Under the pieces are notes generated by a model. It saw nothing but the letters and a program-made list of their open reading frames with translations. It searched no databases and was not told where the DNA came from. A stretch of 37,506 nt of DNA from Thalassospiraceae bacterium (GTDB taxonomy: Bacteria; Pseudomonadota; Alphaproteobacteria; Rhodospirillales; Magnetovibrionaceae). Where the stretch lies: assembly GCA_030637205.1 (NCBI GenBank), contig DAOVVL010000001.1, positions 1-37,506 on the forward strand. The letters are read 5' to 3'. The translations under genes were made by a program, and so were the position numbers. Below, piece after piece: positions 1-9,015 of this stretch (positions are counted from its first letter, which is position 1; every line of letters starts with the position of its first letter).

Positions 1-244
1 ACCTGGACGCAGGATATGAACCGGGTGGTTCCATTGATCGGCACAGGCAGCCCCGAGGGCAACGTAAGCGCGCGACAGGGCCAAACCTATATGGACGATG
101 CCGGGGGGGCTGGCGCTATCCTCTACACCAAGAAATCTGCCGATATCGGCGGAGACACAACCCAAGGATGGATACTGGTATGATGGACATTGCCAAAAAA
201 ACCGTTTCAGGTTACAAGAATGAACGGCCTTTGAATATTATCGA
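1..244. repeat. Terminal direct repeat, copy 1 (equals 37263..37506 except G107 vs T37369)
   Basis: Aligned the window start and end by eye. The 244 nt are identical apart from one base, giving a unit length of 37262 nt. Positions 1..183 duplicate the 3' part of CDS 37194..37445. Confidence 0.95.
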
Positions 245-293
245 AGACGGCTTTATCCATCCTGAACAGGAGCAAGATAATGTCGGTATTTGA
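180..293 (+). CDS. Possible 37-aa micro-ORF (MMDIAKKTVSGYKNERPLNIIEDGFIHPEQEQDNVGI)
   Basis: Its ATG overlaps the upstream stop (ATGA) and its stop overlaps the next gene's start region. No motif recognised and no clear SD. Confidence 0.2.
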   Translation: MMDIAKKTVSGYKNERPLNIIEDGFIHPEQEQDNVGI

Positions 294-1185
294 TGATATT
301 CTAGGAACCATTTTCGGGGGCGCAGATACGAGCGCCCAGGAATTTCAAAGGGCCGCTAATCTGGAAGCCAGACGAGCGATCGATGTAAGCACCGAGCAGG
401 CCCGCGCTGACGCGCTTTCTCTTTTCCCCCAAGCCGATGTAAGCAGAAACCTTGGGTTTCAGGCCGCTTTGGACGTCTTGGGCCAGACTATTCCCTCACA
501 ATTGCAGGCATTCCAGCAGGGGAATGTCGCTGCTCAGCAAAACCTTCTGGCTGGGCTACCGCAAGCCCGCGCCGCAATCCTTGGCGGTCAGTTTGATCCA
601 GCGGGATTTCAGGCCACAGAACTAGCATTCGACCCCAGCTTCGCCCAGCAGACTCTTCCAACCTTCCCCACAGGCGCGGTTCCGCGCACAGCAGCCCAAC
701 AGCAGGCTCAAGGCACTCAGGCCCTCACACAGCTATTGGCTGGCGCACAAGGCGCTGGCGGCGGCGGAGATGGGTTTGATTTTGAAAGCACAACCACAGG
801 CACCGGCGACATTTTGGCCGATTTGTCAGCTTTCTTGGAAACAGGCCCCGGCAAAATCGCAGGTTTGGCTCTTCCTGGCGGTGGCATAGCTGCGCTGGTG
901 AATGAACTCTTTGGTGGTGCTGGTTCAACATCAGCGGGCCAAATCGGAACCAGCAGTGAACCTGGCATTGATCCGAGGACCAGATCAGCTCGGCTCCAGG
1001 CCGAAAGTCGTGCAAGGGCTGGTGTGCGTGGGACCACCCAAAGGGCCGGATTTGAGCGTGATATTACCAGACGTTCCAGAGAAAGATCACAGGCCACCAG
1101 AGAGGCAATCGATCGCCTTCGTGACCCATCGACGGGGCGCGTAAGAAGCGCGCGCGAAACCGGAAGCGCATTTGCGCGCAATTGA
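280..1185 (+). CDS. Virion internal/ejection-protein candidate 1 (301 aa, A/G/Q-rich)
   Basis: AGGAG lies about 8 nt upstream of the ATG. It is the first of four tightly packed ORFs after the gp10-like hub, the position held by the ejection-protein block in P22-type genomes. No specific motif recognised. Confidence 0.55.
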   Translation: MSVFDDILGTIFGGADTSAQEFQRAANLEARRAIDVSTEQARADALSLFPQADVSRNLGFQAALDVLGQTIPSQLQAFQQGNVAAQQNLLAGLPQARAAILGGQFDPAGFQATELAFDPSFAQQTLPTFPTGAVPRTAAQQQAQGTQALTQLLAGAQGAGGGGDGFDFESTTTGTGDILADLSAFLETGPGKIAGLALPGGGIAALVNELFGGAGSTSAGQIGTSSEPGIDPRTRSARLQAESRARAGVRGTTQRAGFERDITRRSRERSQATREAIDRLRDPSTGRVRSARETGSAFARN

Positions 1186-1200
1186 TTGAGGATTTGAGAC

Positions 1201-2031
1201 ATGGCACTCGCACCAACCACCGTCGCCGCAAACGCAATCCCAACGGGCCTTTTGGGGTCAGAGGACGCTTTGCGCCGAGCTTTATCAGGCGCGCTTACAG
1301 GCGTTGAAGCGGGAGCCGTTCGGGGAACCCGGACGCTTCGACCTTTCACACGCGGCGGCGCGCAGGCATTTGAGCTTCAGACAGCTTTATCGGGCGCTGG
1401 TGGCGCACCGGCACAGGCACAAGCCTTTGAAGAATTTACAGCCTCGCCCGGTCAGCAATTCCTGCGAGATGCAGCCGAGAGGGCGCTGTTGAGGAATGAG
1501 GCCGCTATCGGTGGCTTAGGCGGTGGCCGTGTCCGCACAGCATTGCAGGAACAAGGTGTTGGCTTGGCGGCGCAGGACTTTGGTGAGCAATTCGGTCGTT
1601 TGGGCCAGGTTGCCGGATTGGGCGGTCAATTAGCTGGCCAACAGGCAGGCCTTGAGTTCGGCGAGGGCCGCGACGTAGGGCAGTTGGCGTTTCAGACGGG
1701 CCAAACCCTAGCCAGTGGGCGCACGCGCGCTGGTGAGCAAATAGCGGGCCAGATCGGGGGCACTACAAGCGCCCTTGCCAACCTTGCGGCCCAACAGGGC
1801 CAGGGCTTGGCTGATATTTTCGGCGCCGGTGGCGGAAACCTCGCTAATCTATTATCAGCCGCCGGGCGTGAACAAGGCTTGAGCGGACAGCAATTGGCAA
1901 CGCTTCTGGCCAATATCTCGACGGGTTCGGCTGCACAAGTCGCAGGCCTGCCGGGCATCCCCGGTATTCAGCAAACGGAATCGAAATTAGGCGATATCGG
2001 AAAACTCGTCACCGCATTTGGGACTTTGTAA
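1201..2031 (+). CDS. Virion internal/ejection-protein candidate 2 (276 aa, G/A/Q-rich low complexity)
   Basis: Long ORF collinear with its neighbours. The function call rests on synteny only. Confidence 0.5.
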   Translation: MALAPTTVAANAIPTGLLGSEDALRRALSGALTGVEAGAVRGTRTLRPFTRGGAQAFELQTALSGAGGAPAQAQAFEEFTASPGQQFLRDAAERALLRNEAAIGGLGGGRVRTALQEQGVGLAAQDFGEQFGRLGQVAGLGGQLAGQQAGLEFGEGRDVGQLAFQTGQTLASGRTRAGEQIAGQIGGTTSALANLAAQQGQGLADIFGAGGGNLANLLSAAGREQGLSGQQLATLLANISTGSAAQVAGLPGIPGIQQTESKLGDIGKLVTAFGTL

Positions 2032-2032
2032 A

Positions 2033-3124
2033 ATGGCAGATGATACAGAACAGCGGTTTGGATTATTCAGCCCGGAAACTGGCACAAAGGTCCAGCGGTT
2101 TGGCGCTGCCCTGAGTGGCCGTTTGCCGGAATTTGATGTGGCAGCCCAAACGCGCCAAGAAGAACTGAGCGCAGAGCGCAAGAAGGCATTTTTGCTTGAT
2201 AACCGTGGTGCGCTTCGGTTGCTTCGTGGTGGGAACACCCAAGGCGCTGTTGATTTGCTCAGAAACCGTGTCGGCGAAATAAACCGTCTCGGCGGTGATG
2301 CCACACAGTCAACCCAGCTTCTTGCCATGGCCGAGGCTGGCGAGACCGAGGCGTTAATTTCTGGCCTTCAAACGATTGATAACCGGGCCGTTGATGCAGG
2401 TATCTTTGATGCGCTTCCAGGTTCAGAAGATGTCGCGCTTGTGGTCAAGTCGTCTGATATCCTGCCCGATGGCACTGTGATCCAATCCACAAGCGAAGGA
2501 GTGCGGGTAATTGCCGCCACTGGGGAGCAATTGCATGGCCAAGATGTGGTCGATGCGATCGAAAAGGGCCGCAAATTCGGAGTTACAATTGCTGGCGACA
2601 CGGCTGCAGCCAAAGCCGAAGCAGATCGCGTCAAACAGGGCATCAGGATTTCGGGCGAGATGTTCAAACAGGTTGGGCCCATCCGGCAATCTTTGCTCAC
2701 GATTGGCAAAGCGCGGCAGGCTCTTGCAGAAGGCGCGGAAACGGGCGCGATCGACAAATTCCTGCCTGATTTACGGGAATCCTCAATCAAACTCACCAAC
2801 CTGATGAACCAGTTGGGCCTTGAGGTAATCAGCGGGGCCACCTTTGGCGCTCTGTCTGCTGGTGAACTTCGTTTGGCTTTGGACACTGCATTGCCTACGG
2901 GCCTACAACCAGAAGCACTGGACAAATGGTTGGCGGATAAAGGATTGGCTCAGACCAAGCTTTTAACCGAGCTTCAGGACGACATTATATTCCTTTCCAA
3001 TGGTGGGACTATCGCCGGGATCGTGCAAAGACGCCGTGCCCAGGCGGAAACAACACCACCCTCCGTGGATAAACCTATTGATCAGTTGACCGACGAAGAA
3101 TTGCTGGGGGCATTGAGGCAATAA
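2033..3124 (+). CDS. Virion internal/ejection-protein candidate 3 (363 aa)
   Basis: ATG 2033 lies 1 nt after the upstream stop, so the track start at 2018 would overlap the previous gene. The function call rests on synteny only. Confidence 0.5.
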   Translation: MADDTEQRFGLFSPETGTKVQRFGAALSGRLPEFDVAAQTRQEELSAERKKAFLLDNRGALRLLRGGNTQGAVDLLRNRVGEINRLGGDATQSTQLLAMAEAGETEALISGLQTIDNRAVDAGIFDALPGSEDVALVVKSSDILPDGTVIQSTSEGVRVIAATGEQLHGQDVVDAIEKGRKFGVTIAGDTAAAKAEADRVKQGIRISGEMFKQVGPIRQSLLTIGKARQALAEGAETGAIDKFLPDLRESSIKLTNLMNQLGLEVISGATFGALSAGELRLALDTALPTGLQPEALDKWLADKGLAQTKLLTELQDDIIFLSNGGTIAGIVQRRRAQAETTPPSVDKPIDQLTDEELLGALRQ

Positions 3125-5241
3125 TGGCAACCCAAGAGGAACTTTTGGCAGAAGCGCGACGCAGGGGCCTTGCACCGAGGCCATCGATTGATGAATTGCG
3201 CGCGGAGGCAAACCGCCGTGGCCTTACAACCCCGCAGGACATTCTCGAAACCCAACCGCAGGAGGCGATAACAGCCCCAGCCCCAACTATTGATCTGCCG
3301 GCGCCCACTGAGGACGCAGGTGTTCTGGAACAATTTGGAGCAGGATTCAGCCGTGGCGCACAAACGATCGGTCGTGGCTTGGGCTTGCTCGAACCTGAAA
3401 CTGAAGAAGAAAAAAAGCGTTTTGAAGCGCTTGGCAATGATTTTTTCGCTGCTTCGGTAGGTGAAATCGTAGGCGAAGCTCTCCCATTTGTCCCGCTGGC
3501 GGCCATTGGGCCTGCCGTTGGAGTCACGTCATTTATTGGTCGCGCGCTTATAGGCACGGGCTTGGGTGCCCTCGAGGGTGGCGTGATTACGCGCGGCAAG
3601 GGTGCAGAAGAAATTGAAACAGCTATTGGTGCTGGAATTGGCGGGACAATAGGTGGAGTTGCGGAGGCGCTTTTACCTTCATTTGGCCGTTTGGTGTCCC
3701 GCGTGTTTAAGAAAATTGGTCGCGCGCCAAAAGGTCAGCTCATCACCCCGGAAGGAACCCCCACCCCTGAATTTCAGGCGGCGCTTGACGAGACGGGGAC
3801 CAACTTTGATGATTTAACCAAGGAAGCGGTGGAAACCCTTTCCCGCGCGGCGCCCGGCACTGTGCCTGAACAAGCGGCGCGGCAGGCCCGCTTTGAAGCG
3901 CAGGGCATTCCCGCAACCACAGGCGACATCACACAAACCATGGCTGCCCAGACCGCAGAACAACGCGCGCTGTCTATGGCCACAGGCGAAGCCGGCGAAC
4001 CCCTGAGACAGTTGAAGCTGGAACAGAGCGAAGCATTCAAACGCCAGGTGAATCAATTGGTCGATTCCCTTGGCGTTCCATCAGAAACCGGCACTTCATT
4101 GAAGGCGGCGCTTGAAGGCAGAAAAAAGATTTTAACCACGCAAAAAAATGCGCTTTATCAGGAAGTCGCGGACGCTTCCCCTGAGGCTGCCAATTTCCCC
4201 ATCTTGACGGATACGATTGAGGACTCATTGCCTGACCGCAAAACATTGCGCCGCCTTTCCAGAATTGCAGGAAGCCAGATCGAAGGCGTTAAGGATCTGC
4301 TTGTTGAGTTTGGTATCGACAAAAGCGACGAAGCCCTGGAGCAATTTGTCAAAGATGGTGGCGAAGTAACCCCCCTCACGCTTGGCAATTTTGATGAGTT
4401 CCGGCAGGCGTTGGGCCAACTTGAAAGGGCTGATACAACGGGCGCCACAGGTGTTGCCATTCGCGGCATCCGTGATGCACTTGATAATGAAGCTGGGCTT
4501 ATTGATGATGCAGTGCAGGCCGCAGGCATTACCGATGAAAGCATTGTCAGCACCCTGAAGGCCGCGCGGGCCACGGTTCGAACAATCAAAACGGAGTTTT
4601 CCCCTCAATCAATCACAGGCCGCTTGATCGCCACAAAACGCGATGGCGTCACCCCTGTTATTGAAGCATCCAAGGCAGCCAATGAATTGTTGAAGCCGAC
4701 AGCACCGATTGAAAACTTGCAGCGCACCCTGCAAAGCCTCAAGGATTCCGGTTCGGTTGGATCAAGGGCAGTTGGTGATCTTCGCGCGTCTATTATTCTG
4801 GGAGCTTTGGATGCAGGACTGAAAGCCCCATCACGCAAAACAGCAGGCATTGAAACGATTGGCGGCAATCAGTTCGCCAAGTTCCTGAACAAGTTTGGCG
4901 ATGACAAACTGGAATTATTGTTCAGAGGCAACGAGGCGTCCTTGGATACTCTGAACAACCTGAGACAGACCGCGCTTGATATCACCCCGGCTGAACGCGC
5001 CACTCCCAAAGGTTCTGCTGCGGTTATTCTTGATCTTGTCAATCGGTTTGGCAGTATCCCAGGTCTTGCTGCCATCAGGGACGTCGGGAATCTTGTGATT
5101 AACGCTGGCGCCGATGAGCGCGCTGTGAGAAAAGCAATCAAGGCAAAGCCGGAAATCATTGAACAGATTTCCAAGTTGCGTGAGAGTTTTCCGGGTATCG
5201 TATCGGCACTTGGCGTACCAGTAGCATTGGAGCTTGAATAA
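3124..5241 (+). CDS. Large virion internal/ejection protein candidate (705 aa) with a glycine-zipper-like hydrophobic segment
   Basis: ATG overlaps the upstream stop (TAATG). The N-terminus has a duplicated motif, EELLAEARRRGLAP / DELRAEANRRGLTT. A G/A/I-rich hydrophobic stretch reads GPAVGVTSFIGRALIGTGLGALEGG...AIGAGIGGTIGG. It is the largest protein in the block, as in podovirus ejection proteins. Confidence 0.55.
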   Translation: MATQEELLAEARRRGLAPRPSIDELRAEANRRGLTTPQDILETQPQEAITAPAPTIDLPAPTEDAGVLEQFGAGFSRGAQTIGRGLGLLEPETEEEKKRFEALGNDFFAASVGEIVGEALPFVPLAAIGPAVGVTSFIGRALIGTGLGALEGGVITRGKGAEEIETAIGAGIGGTIGGVAEALLPSFGRLVSRVFKKIGRAPKGQLITPEGTPTPEFQAALDETGTNFDDLTKEAVETLSRAAPGTVPEQAARQARFEAQGIPATTGDITQTMAAQTAEQRALSMATGEAGEPLRQLKLEQSEAFKRQVNQLVDSLGVPSETGTSLKAALEGRKKILTTQKNALYQEVADASPEAANFPILTDTIEDSLPDRKTLRRLSRIAGSQIEGVKDLLVEFGIDKSDEALEQFVKDGGEVTPLTLGNFDEFRQALGQLERADTTGATGVAIRGIRDALDNEAGLIDDAVQAAGITDESIVSTLKAARATVRTIKTEFSPQSITGRLIATKRDGVTPVIEASKAANELLKPTAPIENLQRTLQSLKDSGSVGSRAVGDLRASIILGALDAGLKAPSRKTAGIETIGGNQFAKFLNKFGDDKLELLFRGNEASLDTLNNLRQTALDITPAERATPKGSAAVILDLVNRFGSIPGLAAIRDVGNLVINAGADERAVRKAIKAKPEIIEQISKLRESFPGIVSALGVPVALELE

Positions 5242-5242
5242 A

Positions 5243-7168
5243 ATGGGCAGAAACGTAAACCCCCGTCCACAGCTTTTGGACAGTGCAGGCGATCCGCTCA
5301 TAAGCGGCAAGATGTATTATTTTGAAAGCGGCACCGACACGCCCAAGGCCACGTTTGCAGATGTGAACATGACCATTCAGAATACGCATCCTGTTATTCT
5401 TACGGGCGATGGCAGGCTGCCCAATGTCTTTCTGAGCGGTACAGCGAGAATGAAACTCACTGATGCAGATGATGTACAGATTTGGGATATTGACCCGACC
5501 GGCGGTGAAGACATTGGCGGGGACTTTGAGGAATGGGTGCCTTCGGTTGTTTACAACACCAACGACATCGTTCAAGGGAGCGATGGCGCTTTTTATATTT
5601 CATTCACCAATGGCAATTTGGGGAACGATCCCACTTCCACGCCCACAGAATGGCAGGAAATCCAATTTATCAATATCTGGAACACGAATGTCACTTATCA
5701 GATTGGTGATACGGTCAAGGGATCGGATAATCTGTTTTATGTTTCTCAGACCGCCGATAATCAAGGGAATGATCCAACAAGCGACGCGGTTAATTGGGGG
5801 CCTCCATTTGATGGTGTTGTTTCAATAACAGGCGGCACTGGCATTACCGTTTCTGGAACTTCTTCTATCCCAATTGTAACCGCTGATAACAACGGCACTG
5901 TGACAAGTGTATCGGGCGGTACGGGCATTACGGTTGGCGGCACTGCCGCAGACCCTATTATTAATGCTGATAACAACGGTACAGTCACAAGCGTAAGCGG
6001 TGGCACAGGCATTACTATTTCAGGCACCGCATCTGACCCAATAGTTAATAATGATTTCCCTGAATTGCTTTCAGATACCACACCACAGCTTGGCGGGTTC
6101 CTTGATGCTAATGGCAAATACATTGGCCGTGATGTTGGCGCCGCTATTCCCTCGGCCAGCCCTTTGGTGCTAGGCACAGATGGTGACCATTTCTCAATTA
6201 CTGGCACGACTGGCTTTAGCGCCTTTACCGTTGCTGCTGGTAGGCATTTTACTTGCACATTTGCAGGCATCCTAACCATTACGGTTGGGGCAGGCATAAC
6301 CATTAACAATGATGGTGAAGATTACACAACAGCACCAGGCGATATTTTTGTCGGCCAATCAACAGCATCCAATGTGGTTACGGGGTATTTTATTAAAGCC
6401 GATGGTTCAGCTTTGGCCCCGCAAGTTTTATCCACCGGGTTTATCACCGGACTTGAAACCGCCAACAATACGATTGTTGATACTCTACATGATATTGATA
6501 TTACTGCGGGTGCGGCGCGTGATGCATCTGACACTGAAGATATGGTTTTGGCTTCCGCGTTAGGAAAACAGCTTGACGTAGCATGGGCGGTGGGCGGTAC
6601 TCCCGCTGCACCCCTTGGCGGTTTGGATACTGGCTCAATCGCCGCCGATAGCTGGTATTATGTATGGCTTATCAAGCGCACCGATACGGGCGTGGTTGAT
6701 GTTTTGTTTTCGTTATCATCCACCGCGCCAACGATGCCAGCCGATTACGACACCAAGCGTTTAATCTGGGCGGTTAAAACCAAAGTAGCAGCCACCGAAA
6801 TTGAACTTTATAAACAAATTGGTAATAGTCTTGAATGGGGAACAGACCAGCAAGATTTTAACGGAACAGGTAGCACCGGGGGCGCTTTATTAACGGTCAA
6901 GGCTCCCGTTCTTCCTGTTACTGCCAATGCCGCTATTTATATAAATAAGTCTACTACTGTGTTTGCCATAGTACAAAGCCCCGATAAAACAGCGGTAGTC
7001 CCCTCTGTATCCAATCTTGATATAATGGCTACCGGAGGGGCTGACCGCACCACGATAAACAAACCCATCTTAACGGATACAGGGCAGATATATCATAGGG
7101 TTAATATTGCTGCGACTACTTTTCAAATTATTATTAAAGGCTTTATCCTAGACAGGAGCATTATCTAA
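5243..7168 (+). CDS. Tail fibre / receptor-binding protein
   Basis: The N-terminus (LLDSAGDPLISGKMYYFESGTDTPKATFAD) is typical of phage tail-fibre anchors. Two CBM5/12-like W..Y..GD.V.....Y......G..P.....W repeats lie at 5534..5797. Three GGTGITVSGT...NNGTVTSVS repeats lie at 5831..6058. The C-terminal part is AT-rich. Confidence 0.75.
   Translation: MGRNVNPRPQLLDSAGDPLISGKMYYFESGTDTPKATFADVNMTIQNTHPVILTGDGRLPNVFLSGTARMKLTDADDVQIWDIDPTGGEDIGGDFEEWVPSVVYNTNDIVQGSDGAFYISFTNGNLGNDPTSTPTEWQEIQFINIWNTNVTYQIGDTVKGSDNLFYVSQTADNQGNDPTSDAVNWGPPFDGVVSITGGTGITVSGTSSIPIVTADNNGTVTSVSGGTGITVGGTAADPIINADNNGTVTSVSGGTGITISGTASDPIVNNDFPELLSDTTPQLGGFLDANGKYIGRDVGAAIPSASPLVLGTDGDHFSITGTTGFSAFTVAAGRHFTCTFAGILTITVGAGITINNDGEDYTTAPGDIFVGQSTASNVVTGYFIKADGSALAPQVLSTGFITGLETANNTIVDTLHDIDITAGAARDASDTEDMVLASALGKQLDVAWAVGGTPAAPLGGLDTGSIAADSWYYVWLIKRTDTGVVDVLFSLSSTAPTMPADYDTKRLIWAVKTKVAATEIELYKQIGNSLEWGTDQQDFNGTGSTGGALLTVKAPVLPVTANAAIYINKSTTVFAIVQSPDKTAVVPSVSNLDIMATGGADRTTINKPILTDTGQIYHRVNIAATTFQIIIKGFILDRSII
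5831..6058 (+). repeat. In-frame 84-nt tandem repeat (2.7 copies) inside the tail-fibre gene
   Basis: Units at 5831..5914, 5915..5998 and a partial unit at 5999..6058 encode GGTGITVSGTSSIPIVTADNNGTVTSVS, GGTGITVGGTAADPIINADNNGTVTSVS and GGTGITISGTASDPIVNNDF. Confidence 0.9.
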
Positions 7169-7875
7169 TGCCATTTGTAGAACGTGATGCACAGAATAAA
7201 ATAAAAGCTATTTATGGTACATCCCACCCGCAAGCGCAGGAATATTTGCCGGATGATGATGCAGAAGTTTTGGCTTTTCGCGGCGAAGATTTAGTGGGAA
7301 TTAAGCTTATCAAAACAATCGCCATTGATACTTTGCGTGATGCAAAGAAACTTCTCCCAATATTAACCGAAGGCGAACAGGTTGATGCTGGCACTCTTAG
7401 TTCTGGGGCAATGGCCAATGAGTTGTTTGCTTATGACGGCAAGAGCATGGCAATCACCTCAATCACTCGCAGCGGGTCAGAGGCTACCGTTACCTTTGAT
7501 AAGAACCATCATTTGGATGAAGAGCAATCATTCTCTATCTCCGGGGCTGGCGAAGCAGAATATAATGATGACTTCGCCGCCGAAACCATTGTGGACAAGA
7601 AAATTGTCACTATCACCGTTGCCGGAACTCCAGCTACGCCAGCAACAGGAACCATTACAGCCCTAGTGAAAGATTATCCGTGGATTGATTACTTGAACAA
7701 CACCGTGTTCTGGAGCGCACCTAAGTTTAAGGCCATTCACCGTGACACAACAAAATATGAACGTGATTGCGTGAAGCGTGGCCGAGTATTGAAAAATCTT
7801 GTTCTTGCCGCCGCCGACGTCGCGGCGGTCGATGCCATTGATATAACCGCCGGCTGGCCCGACACGGGAATTTAA
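7168..7875 (+). CDS. Hypothetical protein (235 aa), possibly tail-fibre associated
   Basis: ATG overlaps the tail-fibre stop (TAATG). No motif recognised. Confidence 0.6.
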   Translation: MPFVERDAQNKIKAIYGTSHPQAQEYLPDDDAEVLAFRGEDLVGIKLIKTIAIDTLRDAKKLLPILTEGEQVDAGTLSSGAMANELFAYDGKSMAITSITRSGSEATVTFDKNHHLDEEQSFSISGAGEAEYNDDFAAETIVDKKIVTITVAGTPATPATGTITALVKDYPWIDYLNNTVFWSAPKFKAIHRDTTKYERDCVKRGRVLKNLVLAAADVAAVDAIDITAGWPDTGI

Positions 7876-7886
7876 GGGGAAATGAT

Positions 7887-7973
7887 ATGGGACGCAAACC
7901 GAACGACGCTCGAAAACCTAAGCCTAAACCAAAACCCAAGCCCAAACCAAAAGGGAAGGGCAAACGTAAATGA
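7887..7973 (+). CDS. Possible 28-aa highly basic (KP)n peptide, MGRKPNDARKPKPKPKPKPKPKGKGKRK
   Basis: AAGGGGAA lies 5 nt upstream of the ATG. Its stop overlaps the next gene's start (ATGA). Confidence 0.3.
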   Translation: MGRKPNDARKPKPKPKPKPKPKGKGKRK

Positions 7974-8683
7974 TGGCTTTCGCTGCCATATTGATATGCG
8001 CCATAGAACTTTCGTTGGCCCATCTGCTCAACTTATCAAGTGAGCAGTATTTTACTGTATGGCAAATTGAGTTGGTGCTTCTCGCCCTTGTTGGGCTGAA
8101 ATCTGATGGCAGCCAAAGGGACCGATCTGTATTTGCAATATTTCTTTTGTGGTTTGGCTGGATTGCCGCGACAGATTGGGCGATTGATTATGCGGAACCG
8201 TTGCTTGTCCAATACGAGGCGGCGATTTTCAGTTCTCTGGTATTGTGGGCACTCGCCCGGCCATATCTTTATCCATCGGCAGAACTGGTTGGTGAAAACG
8301 TATTCATAGGATTTTACCAAGGAACCTACGCCCCATTTCTTTCGTCATTGGGGGCGCTTTTCGGCCTTCCATTTTCATCCATTGTGATCGCCAGCGGGAC
8401 CGTAGTATTGAGGGCCTCCAAAGTTGGAAAGCTGGTGACAAACAACATCGCCGTTGTGGGTAATGGAAACTATGTTTTCGTGGACACTGGCGTCAAAGCA
8501 ACCCCAGAAATATTTGCCACGATGGCTAAATGTTCCGGTCAACCAACTAAAGCTTTCGGCATATTTAGAACCAATTGTGTCAAGGGGTGCGGGCCTGTGC
8601 TTGAATTGTTAGGCCTAAAACCAAAGTCATGGCTTCACTATCTGCCATCAGTTTTCTATTACCAAGCCGTTAGGGGGACATAA
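7970..8683 (+). CDS. Multi-pass membrane protein (237 aa), holin candidate or other lysis-cassette membrane component
   Basis: About four hydrophobic helices fill the first ~110 aa, followed by a soluble Cys-containing C-terminal domain (..RTNCVKGCGPVLELLGL..). It lies directly upstream of the TM/coiled-coil proteins and the endolysin. Confidence 0.5.
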   Translation: MMAFAAILICAIELSLAHLLNLSSEQYFTVWQIELVLLALVGLKSDGSQRDRSVFAIFLLWFGWIAATDWAIDYAEPLLVQYEAAIFSSLVLWALARPYLYPSAELVGENVFIGFYQGTYAPFLSSLGALFGLPFSSIVIASGTVVLRASKVGKLVTNNIAVVGNGNYVFVDTGVKATPEIFATMAKCSGQPTKAFGIFRTNCVKGCGPVLELLGLKPKSWLHYLPSVFYYQAVRGT

Positions 8684-9015
8684 TGGCAAGTCCAGACACA
8701 CAGCCAGAATGGATTAAAGACGTAGTAATGTTTGCTGCTTTCGTGTTGACCATGCTTGGCATCCAATACAAAGCCAGCAAAGCTCATCGTGATAAAATAG
8801 AAGCTCTCGATGCTGATATAAAAGAAGCTGAAAAAAAAGCCGCCCAGGCAATTGCTGCCGCCGCAGAAACAGATGCAAAGCTTGCCCATTGTCGTCTTGA
8901 CGTTGAACAGAACTTTGCGCCACGCGATTATCTCAAAGATGCAGAGGTAAGACTTTTTGCAGTAATTAAGGAGATAAAGGGTGATATCCGCGCACTCAGA
9001 GAGTCGATAAAATGA
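8683..9015 (+). CDS. Single N-terminal TM plus coiled-coil protein (110 aa), holin/antiholin or i-spanin-like
   Basis: The TM segment is VVMFAAFVLTMLGI, followed by a charged helical region. ATG overlaps the upstream stop (TAATG). Confidence 0.5.
   Translation: MASPDTQPEWIKDVVMFAAFVLTMLGIQYKASKAHRDKIEALDADIKEAEKKAAQAIAAAAETDAKLAHCRLDVEQNFAPRDYLKDAEVRLFAVIKEIKGDIRALRESIK

Noticed and set aside
717-1349. A 210-aa reverse-strand ORF. Many similar long antisense or off-frame ORFs occur, e.g. 2368..2925, 3075..3599, 5761..6309, 18534..19166, 19073..19732, 19372..19974, 20348..21034, 22225..22764, 22616..23134, 23439..23960, 24662..25369, 25625..26140, 33371..33829 and 36852..37427.
   Set aside because: All are embedded in better-supported genes on the other strand or frame. 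They have R/P/S/A-rich shadow-ORF composition typical of GC-rich DNA. They lack SD sequences and break the operon logic.
5831-6058. Tandem repeats considered as a possible CRISPR-like or non-coding array.
   Set aside because: The units are contiguous with no spacers, in frame and translated as part of the tail fibre. No CRISPR architecture exists anywhere in the window.
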